The translations under genes were made by a program, and so were the position numbers. This document shows positions 29,813-39,574 of a stretch of 64,000 nucleotides of DNA, one piece after another (within the stretch, counting starts at the first letter, position 1; the number at the start of each line of letters is the position of its first letter). This DNA comes from Candidatus Poribacteria bacterium. Lineage in GTDB: Bacteria; Poribacteria; WGA-4E; WGA-3G. The notes beneath the pieces were generated by a model. It worked only from the letters and a program-made list of their open reading frames with translations, was not told the origin of the DNA and made no database searches. Location of the stretch: assembly GCA_965205015.1 (NCBI GenBank), contig OZ242029.1, positions 3,200,001 to 3,264,000 of the forward strand, written 5' to 3'.

Positions 29813-30511
29813 TTACTCAGGGGCTTTGTATTTCGGATCGTCGAAGTATTGCCGAGCATTGTGTTTACTCCTGACGAGTTCATTCATGAACCATCTATCC
29901 CCTCGTTTTGTCAGGTAAATGAGGACGTTGTCAGCCGTTTTCGCGCTCGCTTCAGGCCAGGGATATTGGACGTTCCCGCTGCGGATATAAAATTCTGTCA
30001 GCAGAGAAGTTGCACTCAATGGACGCAACGGGCCATCTTTTTCTTGCGCACCCCCGCACTGATTCCAGGGTTTTCTCATCTCATATGTGCTTAATACCAG
30101 AATAGTTCCCTCTGCGCAGGGAAAGACGAATCTGATGCCACTGGGAGGGTAAAAGTGCGATGCGGCAGTGTCAAAATCTCGTGCTTCCCACGCGTTGTAA
30201 ACTTGGGTATAGACCTGTTGAATCGCTGCAGTTTCCGTTTCAAAGTCGATAAACTTTTTCGCCACCTCGTCCTCTGGCACATCTGTTTCTACCCATGATT
30301 TGTCTACGTAAGGAGAACTTGGAAAAAGCACGTATTCAACAAATCGTGCGATATGTTTTTGTTCTTCTGGTGTCAGTTGGTTTGTTCCGCTATCCGTTTC
30401 TGTCTCGTCTGTGCCGCAACCGATAAGATTCAAACCCGCAAAGCCGACGGCTGTCAGGAACATTATCAGGATCACGTTCACAAAAAAGACTGATATTTTC
30501 TGCTTATTCAT
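29813..30511 (-). CDS. Lipoprotein, paralog of 28336-29097
   Basis: Lipobox LIGC; same conserved blocks as its paralog. Confidence 0.7.
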   Translation of the reverse strand: MNKQKISVFFVNVILIMFLTAVGFAGLNLIGCGTDETETDSGTNQLTPEEQKHIARFVEYVLFPSSPYVDKSWVETDVPEDEVAKKFIDFETETAAIQQVYTQVYNAWEARDFDTAASHFYPPSGIRFVFPCAEGTILVLSTYEMRKPWNQCGGAQEKDGPLRPLSATSLLTEFYIRSGNVQYPWPEASAKTADNVLIYLTKRGDRWFMNELVRSKHNARQYFDDPKYKAPE

Positions 30512-30533
30512 GATTTGACCTCAACAGAATGGG

Positions 30534-32087
30534 TTAGTAGGCAAGTCCGTTAAGCGTCAGTAAAACAGTTACAACTTCATTTGTGAGTTCAATGTAATTC
30601 CTATCATAAATTTGTGTTCTGGACGCATTGCCAAAACTCACCGTCAGGTCAACAGAAGTATGTGGGAAAAACTCATAACCGATGCCTGCTGAAACCGCTA
30701 TACCCGTTGGGCGTGCGTTTTCCAATTCAATCGGCGGGAACCAAGTTGCTAAAGCCGTCAATCCGACAGAACCTTCGATATAAAAACTTGATTTGTAGTA
30801 AGGATAGATTGTCACTCCCAAACCGGCTGTTCCATTGGCGATGACTGTGTCCCGATAGAGATTGCGTAAGGGTATCCACGAGATTCGACTTGTATAGTAA
30901 AACAGAATCTGATCTGTCCAGCCGTGTCCTATTCTGATATTCGTTATAAAAGCCGATTCCCTCCCTCGTGCCTCTAACTGTGGTCCTTCATACGCGTCGC
31001 CCCAATATTCAACAAGCGATTGGGTATAACTTGCCATCCCCGTCCCGACCCCGAGGCCCCAGATAAAACCTTCACGGTTCGCTCTGGGCCTGAATGCCTT
31101 TGCTTTCGTGCTATACACGATTGTTGAGAGATTCCACAAGCGGGTTTCTCTTCCACTCGCGCTTGCCAGGGTTTTTCCATCCGGACTAAAGGCGACACTC
31201 CTGATGTTATCCGTATGCCCTATCAGTGCGTACTTGTGCCCACCTGTCTTCACATCCCATAAGAGGATGGTTTTGTCCCAAGCCCCACTTGCCAGGGTTT
31301 TCCCATCCGGACTGAACGCGATGCTATTAATAGTAGCCGTGTGTCCCTTGAGTATTCGCTTAAGCTTACCCGTCTTCACATCCCATAAACGGATTTCTGT
31401 TCCACGTCCACCTGCCAAGGTTTTTCCATCCGGACTGAAGGATATGTTATTGGTATTACCGGAATACCCTTTGAGTATCCGCTTGAGTTTACCCGTCTTC
31501 ACATCCCATAAACGCACTGTGGCATCCCAACTTCCACTGGCTAATGTCTTGCCATTCGGACTGAATGAGACGCTTAAGACTTCAGCTGTATGCCCTATGA
31601 GCTCGTGCGTGTATGTTCCTGTCTGCACATTCCACAAGCGAATGGTTTTGTCTCTGCTGCTACTTGCTAATGTTTTCCCATCGGGACTGAACGCTACGCT
31701 CCAGACAAACGTTGTATGTCCTTTGAATGTTTGCTTATGTGCTCCCGTCTCCACATCCCACAAGCGGGTTTCTCGCCCACTCACGCCTGCCAGCGTCTTT
31801 CCATCGGGACTAAACGCTACATTACTGACCCGATCCATATATCTTTTTAGCAGCGGTTCCTCCTCCGCGCTACCGATAGCGTATATCCAAATACCGCTGC
31901 CACTCGCAAGTGCCAGGAGCTTACCGTCTCGGGAATATTGTATAACATTGATACTCACTTTCTCGAATTCGGATTCGGCACTCTCAGGCAAATGGAATCG
32001 TGTGTATTCTTGAGCGAAACTCGTTGATAGACAGACAGTTGAAAATATGAGAAAGATGAAAAAAATCGAAAACATCTTCGTTTTCAT
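30534..32087 (-). CDS. Secreted WD40-repeat protein fused to a C-terminal outer-membrane beta-barrel
   Basis: Signal peptide; about 7 GH...VAFSPDGKTLAS...LWD repeats; C-terminal ~180 aa closely matches 29117-29803. Confidence 0.8.
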   Translation of the reverse strand: MKTKMFSIFFIFLIFSTVCLSTSFAQEYTRFHLPESAESEFEKVSINVIQYSRDGKLLALASGSGIWIYAIGSAEEEPLLKRYMDRVSNVAFSPDGKTLAGVSGRETRLWDVETGAHKQTFKGHTTFVWSVAFSPDGKTLASSSRDKTIRLWNVQTGTYTHELIGHTAEVLSVSFSPNGKTLASGSWDATVRLWDVKTGKLKRILKGYSGNTNNISFSPDGKTLAGGRGTEIRLWDVKTGKLKRILKGHTATINSIAFSPDGKTLASGAWDKTILLWDVKTGGHKYALIGHTDNIRSVAFSPDGKTLASASGRETRLWNLSTIVYSTKAKAFRPRANREGFIWGLGVGTGMASYTQSLVEYWGDAYEGPQLEARGRESAFITNIRIGHGWTDQILFYYTSRISWIPLRNLYRDTVIANGTAGLGVTIYPYYKSSFYIEGSVGLTALATWFPPIELENARPTGIAVSAGIGYEFFPHTSVDLTVSFGNASRTQIYDRNYIELTNEVVTVLLTLNGLAY

Positions 32088-32137
32088 AATTTCCTCTTTT
32101 TCTAATGTATAAGTCATTCCAATTCTGACAAGTTTTT

Positions 32138-33307
32138 TTAGAATGCCGCCTCAAACAAAGCCACCATATCCGTCTCTGTACACACCCTCGGGTTGAACTT
32201 GTGGCAATGATCAAGCATTGCATCCGCCCCGAGTTTCGGAATTTTTTCTCGGTCCAAACCGGCATCCCCGAGTCCTGTGGGCATATTCAACTCCGTGTTG
32301 TATGCCCTGATTTTGTCAATGGCAGCATGCCCGGCTTCGTCAATATCCATATTACTTGTGTCTATACCTAAGGCACACGCGATTTCCGCGTATTTTTCAT
32401 TCGCATGCGAAAAGTTAAACGCCATGACAGGAGGGAGGAGAATGGCGTTGGCGACGCCGTGGGGGATAGGGGCATCTGTAGAGAGTTGATGTGCCAGCGA
32501 ATGGACTGCGCCGAGCCCCTTCTGGAACGAAAATGCTGCCATACAGGATCCGAGAAGCATTTCACCGCGTGCGGTTACATCTTCACCCTTGTGATAGACC
32601 TGTTGGATGTTCGCGCTCAACATTCTGAGTGCCTGTAATGCGACACCCTCGGCAATAGGGTGGTATCTCGTGGCTACATACGCCTCGATACCGTGTGTAA
32701 TGGCATCCATACCTGTCGCGGCAGTAAGCGCAGGTGGCATGCCAAGGGTTATGCCCGGATCAAGGAGCGCGATGTTCGACATGTTGAAGGGTGTAACGAT
32801 TGCACGCTTCCGCCATCGATCGGTTGTTTGTAGCGACGTATCCGTAATAATGGATCCTTGTGACACCTCACTGCCTGTGCCAGCAGTCGTCGGTACGCAT
32901 ATGAGCGGTGGCATATCGCCTCGGATACGCTCGACACCTCCAACATCAGCGTAATAGGGTTCGAGAGGGGGTTCATGGGTCGTCAAGAGACGAATGGCTT
33001 TGGCGGCATCCATCACACTTCCGCCGCCGACAGCGATGACGACATCGCACGCCTCAGCTTTGTAGACTTCTACGCCCTTTGTAACACTGATGTCTGTCGG
33101 ATTCGGTTCGATATCCGAATACATAGCGTACGGCAAGCCGCTTGCCTCCAGAGCATCTATCGCTTTTGCGAGGATACCGGCGTTGATGACACCCGCGTCG
33201 CTCACTAAGAACGGTTTTTTGCCATCAAACGCCTTGACGTGTTTGCCTAAGTTTTGGATGGCACCGTCACCGAATTCAATTCGCGGCGGTAAAAAATAGT
33301 TTAGCAT
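32138..33307 (-). CDS. Iron-containing alcohol dehydrogenase
   Basis: GGGSVMDAAK, PTTAGTGSE, DAITHGIE, HSLAH...HG. Confidence 0.92.
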   Translation of the reverse strand: MLNYFLPPRIEFGDGAIQNLGKHVKAFDGKKPFLVSDAGVINAGILAKAIDALEASGLPYAMYSDIEPNPTDISVTKGVEVYKAEACDVVIAVGGGSVMDAAKAIRLLTTHEPPLEPYYADVGGVERIRGDMPPLICVPTTAGTGSEVSQGSIITDTSLQTTDRWRKRAIVTPFNMSNIALLDPGITLGMPPALTAATGMDAITHGIEAYVATRYHPIAEGVALQALRMLSANIQQVYHKGEDVTARGEMLLGSCMAAFSFQKGLGAVHSLAHQLSTDAPIPHGVANAILLPPVMAFNFSHANEKYAEIACALGIDTSNMDIDEAGHAAIDKIRAYNTELNMPTGLGDAGLDREKIPKLGADAMLDHCHKFNPRVCTETDMVALFEAAF

Positions 33308-33463
33308 TTTTTGATTATACCTTGCGGAGGAACGACGGTCCTTGAGACTCTTGAGTGCGTCTCTTAAATCCGCCTGCGTGTTTTTGCAATGTAATACAAG
33401 GAATGGATTTAGTCTATTCCCAGACTAAATCCGGTATTTCTGCGTATTGTTGCAGGCTAACGG
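33305..33463 (-). repeat. Copy of the CCGCAAGG...ATG element at the ADH start
   Basis: CCGCAAGGTATAATCAAAAAATG; CTGCGTGTTTTTGC and GGTATTTCTGCGTATTGTTGCAGGCTA blocks shared with 3017-3185. Confidence 0.72.
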
Positions 33464-33522
33464 TTCTGGTTTTATGAATTCAAAGATCTATTATAGAAAC
33501 CTAAAGGAAATTTTGATAAAGC

Positions 33523-33550
33523 GAACGCGAGGCTTTGATGCCTCGCGTTC
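33523..33550 (-). terminator. Hairpin, possible terminator
   Basis: GAACGCGAGGC-TTTGAT-GCCTCGCGTTC perfect stem. Confidence 0.55.
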
Positions 33551-33572
33551 TAATTCATAATGGCGTTTGAAA

Positions 33573-34295
33573 CTACTTCACGGATTTAAGATGTGCCCAC
33601 GTTGTTGCGAGTTTGCTCTTCGCATCAACCGGTAACGAGGGACCATCAGGTCCGTAAACCACAACATCGTCATACTTCGCAACGGTGCTCCACGTTGCTA
33701 AGCCGATGCGTCCGACACCGTTTTCGGTATCGTCGTCGACGGTTGCGACTTCTTCATCGTTGAGGATGACGGTGTAACTATCGGGTGTATTGACAATCTT
33801 GATGTTATACCAATCCTTCTCATCGATGGTATGAGCACTATTGGCACCGGCTTTGCCACCCCATGATTCGACCTGTGAGCGTGAGTTTCCCCATCCGCCG
33901 AGGTTCCACCAGTATTCCAACGAAGGCTTAAGTTTCTCCATACGTGGCGGATGATCCTCAAGTGCCTGTCCGCGGGCTTGCATCAGACCTTGGCATCGGA
34001 ACATAATCAGGAACCCTTCGGCACCACTGGTTTTACTCCCGCGGACCTCAAAGGTGTAATCGTTCCAATCGTCCTCCCAGAATTCATCAGCGACGACACT
34101 CATACAGTTAGGGGAATTTTGGAGCTGATGGTATTCATCGTCCTTGAGTTCCCATTCCCCGAAGAGGGCGACCCATTTGTTTTCGGATTCTTTCGGGTCA
34201 TCGAAATTATCCTCAAAATAGGTTTGCGACATCGCAGGTGCAGCAATGCCGAGTGTGATTATACAGATAGCGATGAACAGGTTACGGCTGTTCAT
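33573..34295 (-). CDS. Secreted concanavalin-like/DUF1080-type protein with C-terminal KLATTW tail
   Basis: Signal peptide; FEDNFDD...GRIGL...YDDVVV; ends PVDAKSKLATTWAHLKSVK. Confidence 0.65.
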   Translation of the reverse strand: MNSRNLFIAICIITLGIAAPAMSQTYFEDNFDDPKESENKWVALFGEWELKDDEYHQLQNSPNCMSVVADEFWEDDWNDYTFEVRGSKTSGAEGFLIMFRCQGLMQARGQALEDHPPRMEKLKPSLEYWWNLGGWGNSRSQVESWGGKAGANSAHTIDEKDWYNIKIVNTPDSYTVILNDEEVATVDDDTENGVGRIGLATWSTVAKYDDVVVYGPDGPSLPVDAKSKLATTWAHLKSVK

Positions 34296-34325
34296 AATAG
34301 TATTCTCCTTTTAGTTGTATTTCGT

Positions 34326-34383
34326 GTAGCATAGGCTGTTAGCCTGTGCCTTTTCTTTCGTAGCATAGCCTGTTAGGCTGTGC
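34326..34383 (+). repeat. Two GTAG-type REP palindromes (GTAGCATAGGCTGTTAGCCTGTGC family)
   Basis: Copies at 34326-34349 and 34360-34383; inverted copies at 35746-35853 and 36494-36517. Confidence 0.85.
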
Positions 34384-34438
34384 ATATATAACCCGTTAGC
34401 TTATGATTTTCCCATTCTGCCTACTTTCAACCTCAATA

Positions 34439-35287
34439 TTACCCAACGTCTTCAAGAAAATAATCAGAATCGACTCGCTTGATTTCATAAGTTTTCACTG
34501 TAGAAACTCCGACGTTGTGATCAATCATCAACTGGGCAAGTCGTTTTCCATCAATAAGAATAATTTTGAAACCTGCAGCATCGTACGCTCTAGCATCTGC
34601 CGTGAAATCCGATGTTGTGATAAAAATTCCCCTATTAGCCCCTTTTCCTGCTAATGCCCCTGCAAAACGAGCAATTTCTGGTGAACTCACTTTGCCTTTC
34701 CACCGTTTCGCCTGGACATAGACTACATCAAGCCCGAGCCTATCTTGATTAATAATACCGTCAATCCCACCATCACGACTACGTCCCACGGCTTCCGCAT
34801 CTTCTCTGGAACCACCATATCCCATTTTAACCAGAAGATCAATAACGAGATTTTCAAAAAAAGCAGGGGAATTCGCTTTAATTTCCTGAAGTAAGTCATC
34901 AGCTACTTTTTCTCTAATCTGTTGGTAAATATCTTCAATATCTCTATCAGTAGGGGGTCGCCTGCTCCCAGAGAGGACGTAAGGTTTTCTTTTACCCTCC
35001 GGTTGTTCTAATTTTCCCTCCTTTAAAAGTGCGTTAAAGGCAGTGCCGACTATCTCATAATGAAAAAATCCAAGATACCGCTTCCCTCTCTTTGTTTGTG
35101 CCTCTATTTCTTCATCGGACAGCGCAAATTTTTCCGCAAGTTTTTCCGTTGCTTCTTTTATGGTGATTCCGTGGGCTGGATAATCCAGTTTAAGAATTTC
35201 CTGTTTGACCACTTCAGAAGTTGGTAGTTCTATTTCATATTTTTCTCCTGTGGTTGGATCGACCGCTATTTTTGTTTCTGTGCTCAT
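34439..35287 (-). CDS. mrr: Mrr-family (type IV) restriction endonuclease
   Basis: FFENLVIDLLVKMGYGG, DGGIDGII..DRLGLD.VYVQAKRW, GIFITTSDF, LIDG..LA.LMI. Confidence 0.9.
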   Translation of the reverse strand: MSTETKIAVDPTTGEKYEIELPTSEVVKQEILKLDYPAHGITIKEATEKLAEKFALSDEEIEAQTKRGKRYLGFFHYEIVGTAFNALLKEGKLEQPEGKRKPYVLSGSRRPPTDRDIEDIYQQIREKVADDLLQEIKANSPAFFENLVIDLLVKMGYGGSREDAEAVGRSRDGGIDGIINQDRLGLDVVYVQAKRWKGKVSSPEIARFAGALAGKGANRGIFITTSDFTADARAYDAAGFKIILIDGKRLAQLMIDHNVGVSTVKTYEIKRVDSDYFLEDVG

Positions 35288-35380
35288 GAGCCATTTCTTT
35301 CTTGGTAAAACGTGGGTTAAACATAAAGCAGCACAACGCTGGGCAAGAAGCCACCTACAAAAGTCTAATCCGCTTACCTT

Positions 35381-35677
35381 TCACCGCTGTTGGTATTCGC
35401 TTTCAAGGTAAACGCCTTCGTCTTTCTCATCAAATATCAACGTGATTGGGTCGACAGGCTTGCCTTCAATGAGGTCCAATTGCCAATCGGCTATAGCGTC
35501 GGTACACAAATATTCCGTTTCGTTCTCGTGGATTTCTATAATTCTAAAGCTAACGATTGGATCAACGTAACCGTAGCGATGCAATGCATGTGCAATCGCA
35601 CACTCAAAGGGCTCCTCAGGGTCGCATGACGCGATATCTTGCGGCTCAACCTTTATTGTACCTAATTTGATTTCCAT
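35381..35677 (-). CDS. Small acidic hypothetical protein
   Basis: 98-aa ORF with CAIAHAL segment; no confident family. Confidence 0.45.
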   Translation of the reverse strand: MEIKLGTIKVEPQDIASCDPEEPFECAIAHALHRYGYVDPIVSFRIIEIHENETEYLCTDAIADWQLDLIEGKPVDPITLIFDEKDEGVYLESEYQQR

Positions 35678-35745
35678 TTCAATTCTCTTTCTTCAGAAAA
35701 ATATGTACGTTCAGCTTACACAATATCGGGTATAAGAGACATAAT

Positions 35746-35853
35746 CTAACAGCCTATGCTACGACAGGTTCTGCGCTAAGTTGCACAGGCTAACAGCCTA
35801 TGCTACGACAGGTTCTGCGCTAAGTTGCACAGGCTAACGGTTTCCTATGCTAC
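35746..35853 (-). repeat. Tandem 44-bp repeat built on the REP palindrome (BIME-like)
   Basis: CTAACAGCCTATGCTACGACAGGTTCTGCGCTAAGTTGCACAGG x2 plus a partial third copy. Confidence 0.9.
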
Positions 35854-36043
35854 ATCGGCAATAACTCCACTGCCATTTTTCCCATGTATCTACTAAACCT
35901 GCTTTTACGGGATTATTGAGAACATAGGTGACAATCCGTTGCCATTCGTTTGCCTCCGGAACAATGGGATCATAACTTTCGCGCTGCCAGAATGCCCCCG
36001 TCCGTCCTAATAGACAATTAGCTTTGCGAGCCGTATCCCCTTT
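35834..36043 (-). pseudogene. C-terminal remnant of a REP-associated tyrosine transposase (RAYT/TnpA-REP)
   Basis: Not in ORF track; translates KGDTARKANCLLGRTGAFWQRESYDPIV...IVTYVLNNPVKAGLVDTWEKWQWSY; N-terminal HUH part absent. Confidence 0.85.
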
Positions 36044-36290
36044 AATAGTGACTACCAGAGCCGTTTAAAAATCCCTCAATATTTTTACCAATGGTCGGTG
36101 GTGGGAGTACTTCGTTGTCGCGATGAAAGATTTCTATCCATTCATCAACAATTTCACATAACTGTTGATACACCTTAATTTCATCAGTTCCATGGCAACA
36201 TGGACCGATAATTCCGGGACAATATCCGATAAAATATTGACCTTCAGCCGACCATTCAACGATCTTGATGTACTTCGCACTGTCGTTCAT
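36042..36290 (-). CDS. hicB: HicB-family antitoxin
   Basis: YIKIVEWS.E...IGYCPG....HG.DE; coupled to HicA. Confidence 0.8.
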   Translation of the reverse strand: MNDSAKYIKIVEWSAEGQYFIGYCPGIIGPCCHGTDEIKVYQQLCEIVDEWIEIFHRDNEVLPPPTIGKNIEGFLNGSGSHY

Positions 36291-36481
36291 TTTTGACTCT
36301 CCTCAATGCTTCTTTTCACATTTCTTTCTTGATAAGGTTCAGCATCATCGCCGAGTTTTCCAGAAATAGTAACCCGTGGACCTTTCGGATGTCTGAAATT
36401 TCGATGGCTACCTTTTCCGCCAGTGTTAATAAAACCGGCTTTTCTCAAATCAGCGATGAGTTGTCGTATTTTCCTGGGCAT
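36287..36481 (-). CDS. hicA: HicA-family toxin
   Basis: L.KAGF...GGKGSHRNFRHP. Confidence 0.88.
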   Translation of the reverse strand: MPRKIRQLIADLRKAGFINTGGKGSHRNFRHPKGPRVTISGKLGDDAEPYQERNVKRSIEESQK

Positions 36482-36493
36482 AGCATATCATAT

Positions 36494-36517
36494 GCACAGG
36501 CTAACAGCCTATGCTAC
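36494..36517 (-). repeat. REP palindrome
   Basis: Exact reverse complement of 34326-34349. Confidence 0.85.
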
Positions 36518-36534
36518 AATGGGTTGTCAACGGT

Positions 36535-38238
36535 TTAATGGTTCAGCGAGAACTCAGCTGAATTGAGTAACACCCAATAGAGGTCTTCGTAAGCCAAGTC
36601 CTTCTTTCGATACAGACTCCGCTCTAAATAGCGTCTAAAATATGTTTTTTCTTTAGACGTTGGCAACCGAGAAAGGACATTAAGATAGATATGTTCCATC
36701 CGTTCCGCCGGTTCGCGCCATTTTTCAAGCACGTAATTTACAAAACTACCGCGTTCTTCATGACTCGTGCTATCGTTCACCATATTCCCATTAATCATCA
36801 TGAGTGCTTGTGGGATGGTTCCATTGAATGCCTCGATCTCTTCCATCTCACCGTTATCAAGGAGAAAGAGAAATTTTTTGAGATGCTCGCGTTTCATGCG
36901 CTCAAGTTGACGTAGCATGTTCTTCCTGTCTTCGCCACCTTGCTTCTTGCTACCTTCCATTCTGACTTGCTGAAGTCTTTCAAAATCCGTGGCTTGCAGT
37001 AGGGAATAGAAGAACTGCTCAGCACTGAGGGGTTTCAGGTATGCATGGGAGTAATAGCGTTGATCGTTTTTGTTACTCTCATTGGTTTGCGAGGTGCGTT
37101 GATACGTCTCTGAATTCAGGAGTGTTCGCATCAAGTGTTGTAAGTCATATCCGTGAATGACGAAATCGTTTGCGAGCCACTTCAAGAGTTCAGGGTTGGT
37201 GGGTGGGTTCTCTTCTCCGAACCCATCAACCGGCTCGACGAAAGCGTGCCCCATAAAGTGTTTCCAGATACGATTCACGAGTGCTTGACTAAAATAGGGG
37301 TTTGATTTATCCGTCATCCACTGTGCGAGTGCTTCTCGCTTTTTAAGGAGTGAGCCTTTGTATTCTGTGCCCCCTAAGAAGTGTGGACGGACTTGCGCTT
37401 TGAGCCTGTCTACCCAAATCTCCCCTTGCGGTTTGTTAGTAATAAGAAAATTATCCATTCTTCTCTCATTACCTACCATATCCGTTGTCTGGATGTCTCC
37501 CTGCCGCTGCCTCTCGATACCGGTAAAGAAGGCTGCAATACCGTAGAAATCTTCTTGGCTCCACACTTCTGTTTTATGATCGTGGCACTCGGCACACTGC
37601 ATCGGAAGCCCTAAGAACAAACGCGAGGCATGTGAGGTGAGGACGGTTGGTGAACGCCTGTAACGCAGGATATAGTTTCCTGCGCCGTTGTCCCGTAACT
37701 CACCATCAGCCGCGACGAGTTTCTGAACGAACTGATTGTACGGTGTATTCGTTGCCAAGGCATCCCGCACCCAATACGTTAACCCGATGCGTCGATCATC
37801 GCTATCTTCACGCCTACCAATTAACCAGTTTACCCATAACCCGGTCCAATAGTCAAGATAGGCATCGCTCGCTAATAACTCCCGGATCTTTCTTTGACGT
37901 TTGCCTGAAGAACCGTCCTTGAGAAAATCCAAGACCTCTTCAGGCGTTGGGATTTTTCCTGTCAGATCGAGATGAATCCGGCGCAGAAACTCGGCATCTT
38001 CCGACATCTTTGAAGGCTGAATCCCTTCCCTTTTAAGCACAGCGTTGATGTGACGATCGAGGTGTTTCGTGCTTGATGAAACCTGCTGTGTCGGTGCAAC
38101 CGTAGTCTTGGTGCAGCTGAGCATCAAACAGGTGAAAGCGAATAGAAAAAGTGAGGAGATGCCAAGGGAAGTTTTCACGATAGATGGACCTCCGAACCTC
38201 AGGTTTAATTCGGTTCGACCGTCGCGCTTGCGAAACAT
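36535..38238 (-). CDS. DUF1549/DUF1553 (planctomycete-type PSCyt2/PSD1) protein
   Basis: EFLRRIHLDLTGKIPT, FLGLPMQCAECHDH, VNRIWKHFMG..F.EPVD, L.S.TYQR, QALMMING. Confidence 0.85.
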   Translation of the reverse strand: MFRKRDGRTELNLRFGGPSIVKTSLGISSLFLFAFTCLMLSCTKTTVAPTQQVSSSTKHLDRHINAVLKREGIQPSKMSEDAEFLRRIHLDLTGKIPTPEEVLDFLKDGSSGKRQRKIRELLASDAYLDYWTGLWVNWLIGRREDSDDRRIGLTYWVRDALATNTPYNQFVQKLVAADGELRDNGAGNYILRYRRSPTVLTSHASRLFLGLPMQCAECHDHKTEVWSQEDFYGIAAFFTGIERQRQGDIQTTDMVGNERRMDNFLITNKPQGEIWVDRLKAQVRPHFLGGTEYKGSLLKKREALAQWMTDKSNPYFSQALVNRIWKHFMGHAFVEPVDGFGEENPPTNPELLKWLANDFVIHGYDLQHLMRTLLNSETYQRTSQTNESNKNDQRYYSHAYLKPLSAEQFFYSLLQATDFERLQQVRMEGSKKQGGEDRKNMLRQLERMKREHLKKFLFLLDNGEMEEIEAFNGTIPQALMMINGNMVNDSTSHEERGSFVNYVLEKWREPAERMEHIYLNVLSRLPTSKEKTYFRRYLERSLYRKKDLAYEDLYWVLLNSAEFSLNH

Positions 38239-38377
38239 ACCTACAGAAAATTGATGTACCCGACTTCTAATAATTTAATTTTAACTTATTATTTGCAAGA
38301 CATCAAGGAAGATCGAAGAAACCATGAAATAGCGATTCGGATATTAATCCTACATAAGAATCGCTAAAGAGCGGATA

Positions 38378-39430
38378 TTAAGTCCATCGGACGCCTGTCG
38401 GAATGATGCCTACATCTTCACCGCGGCGCATCGCTTCAGCGGCATCGAGGATACTGGCTAAATCGTGTTGTGGTTCAAAGTCCAATAGCGTTTTGATTTT
38501 GCTTAAATCGAATTCAAAATGGAGGGGTTGTGGGAGTTTCACGTCAACAGAATCCATCTGGTAACGTTCGCATAGGTATGGAATTACCTCCTCATGCTTG
38601 AAGATACCGTTTCCACCGAGCGTGAATTCTTCACCGACAGCGGCGTCCTTTTCGATCCCTAAAACCAACCCTTGCACAATATCCCGTACATCGGTGAAAT
38701 GCTCCTTGTAAGGGTGGCCATCAGGATTCCGTTTGAGTATGAATTTCTCCTGCCCATCCCAGAGGCGTTTGACGGTATCTGCCGTCTCTAATTCGGTAGG
38801 ATCATCGCCTGTATAATTCTTGTATCGATTGTAGATGGGACTAAAGACGAATTGTCTCGGTAAACCATCTTCATTGAGATATTCGCTCGGTTCAATGACG
38901 GTTGTGAAGCGGAAGACTGTGGAAGGCACGCCATACTGATGATGATATGTCATGCACAATTCCTCGCCAATCCATTTGGTAAGGAAATAGGGCATGTGAT
39001 GGTATTTGGCGACCATCTCTTCAGTAATCAGTTTATCGAAAAACCTACCTTTTTCGGTGAGTTCCCAATAAATCGCTTCGGTGCAGGCATAGACGAGTCG
39101 ATGAATGTTCGGATTGAACTCACGGATGCACTCTAAAATATTGAGCGTTCCCATCCCGTTGATTGCCAAATACTGACGATTATCAAACGGACCCCCGAAC
39201 GCTGCGGCGATGTGATAGATAGCATCTACGCCGTCAACGGCTTTTTTGACATCTTCGTATTCCCGTAGGTCGCCGAAGACGGTCTCTACGCGTTCCGTTC
39301 CGTCCCATCGTCCGACGCGATTGACATCTCCAGGATAGACGAAACTCCTGATATCGTGCCCTTTTTCCAGTAACTTTTTGACGAGATTGGAGCCGATACG
39401 ACCTGTGCCGCCCGTGACTAAAATTTTCAT
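38378..39430 (-). CDS. NAD-dependent epimerase/dehydratase
   Basis: ILVTGGTGRIG, YFLTK (YxxxK), DVRD. Confidence 0.88.
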   Translation of the reverse strand: MKILVTGGTGRIGSNLVKKLLEKGHDIRSFVYPGDVNRVGRWDGTERVETVFGDLREYEDVKKAVDGVDAIYHIAAAFGGPFDNRQYLAINGMGTLNILECIREFNPNIHRLVYACTEAIYWELTEKGRFFDKLITEEMVAKYHHMPYFLTKWIGEELCMTYHHQYGVPSTVFRFTTVIEPSEYLNEDGLPRQFVFSPIYNRYKNYTGDDPTELETADTVKRLWDGQEKFILKRNPDGHPYKEHFTDVRDIVQGLVLGIEKDAAVGEEFTLGGNGIFKHEEVIPYLCERYQMDSVDVKLPQPLHFEFDLSKIKTLLDFEPQHDLASILDAAEAMRRGEDVGIIPTGVRWT

Positions 39431-39574
39431 TAATTGCTCTCCTAAAGTCCAACAAGCGTAAAATATACAATTACCTCAACGTTGTGGCGGGGTTACAAAC
39501 CTCGCCAGCGAGGAGGGGGTGGATCTATTTCCTCTAATATCTAATAAGGTCTACACATTTCTATATTCACCCAA

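Noticed and set aside
28336-30511. Diversity-generating retroelement acting on the variable lipoproteins
   Set aside because: No reverse transcriptase or template repeat; differences include large indels and are not adenine-specific.
31108-32013. 301-aa plus-strand ORF with repeats
   Set aside because: Antisense shadow of the WD40 repeats.
35746-35853. Possible CRISPR array
   Set aside because: The intervening sequences are identical, there are only about 2.5 units, no cas genes are present, and the unit is a REP palindrome beside a RAYT remnant.
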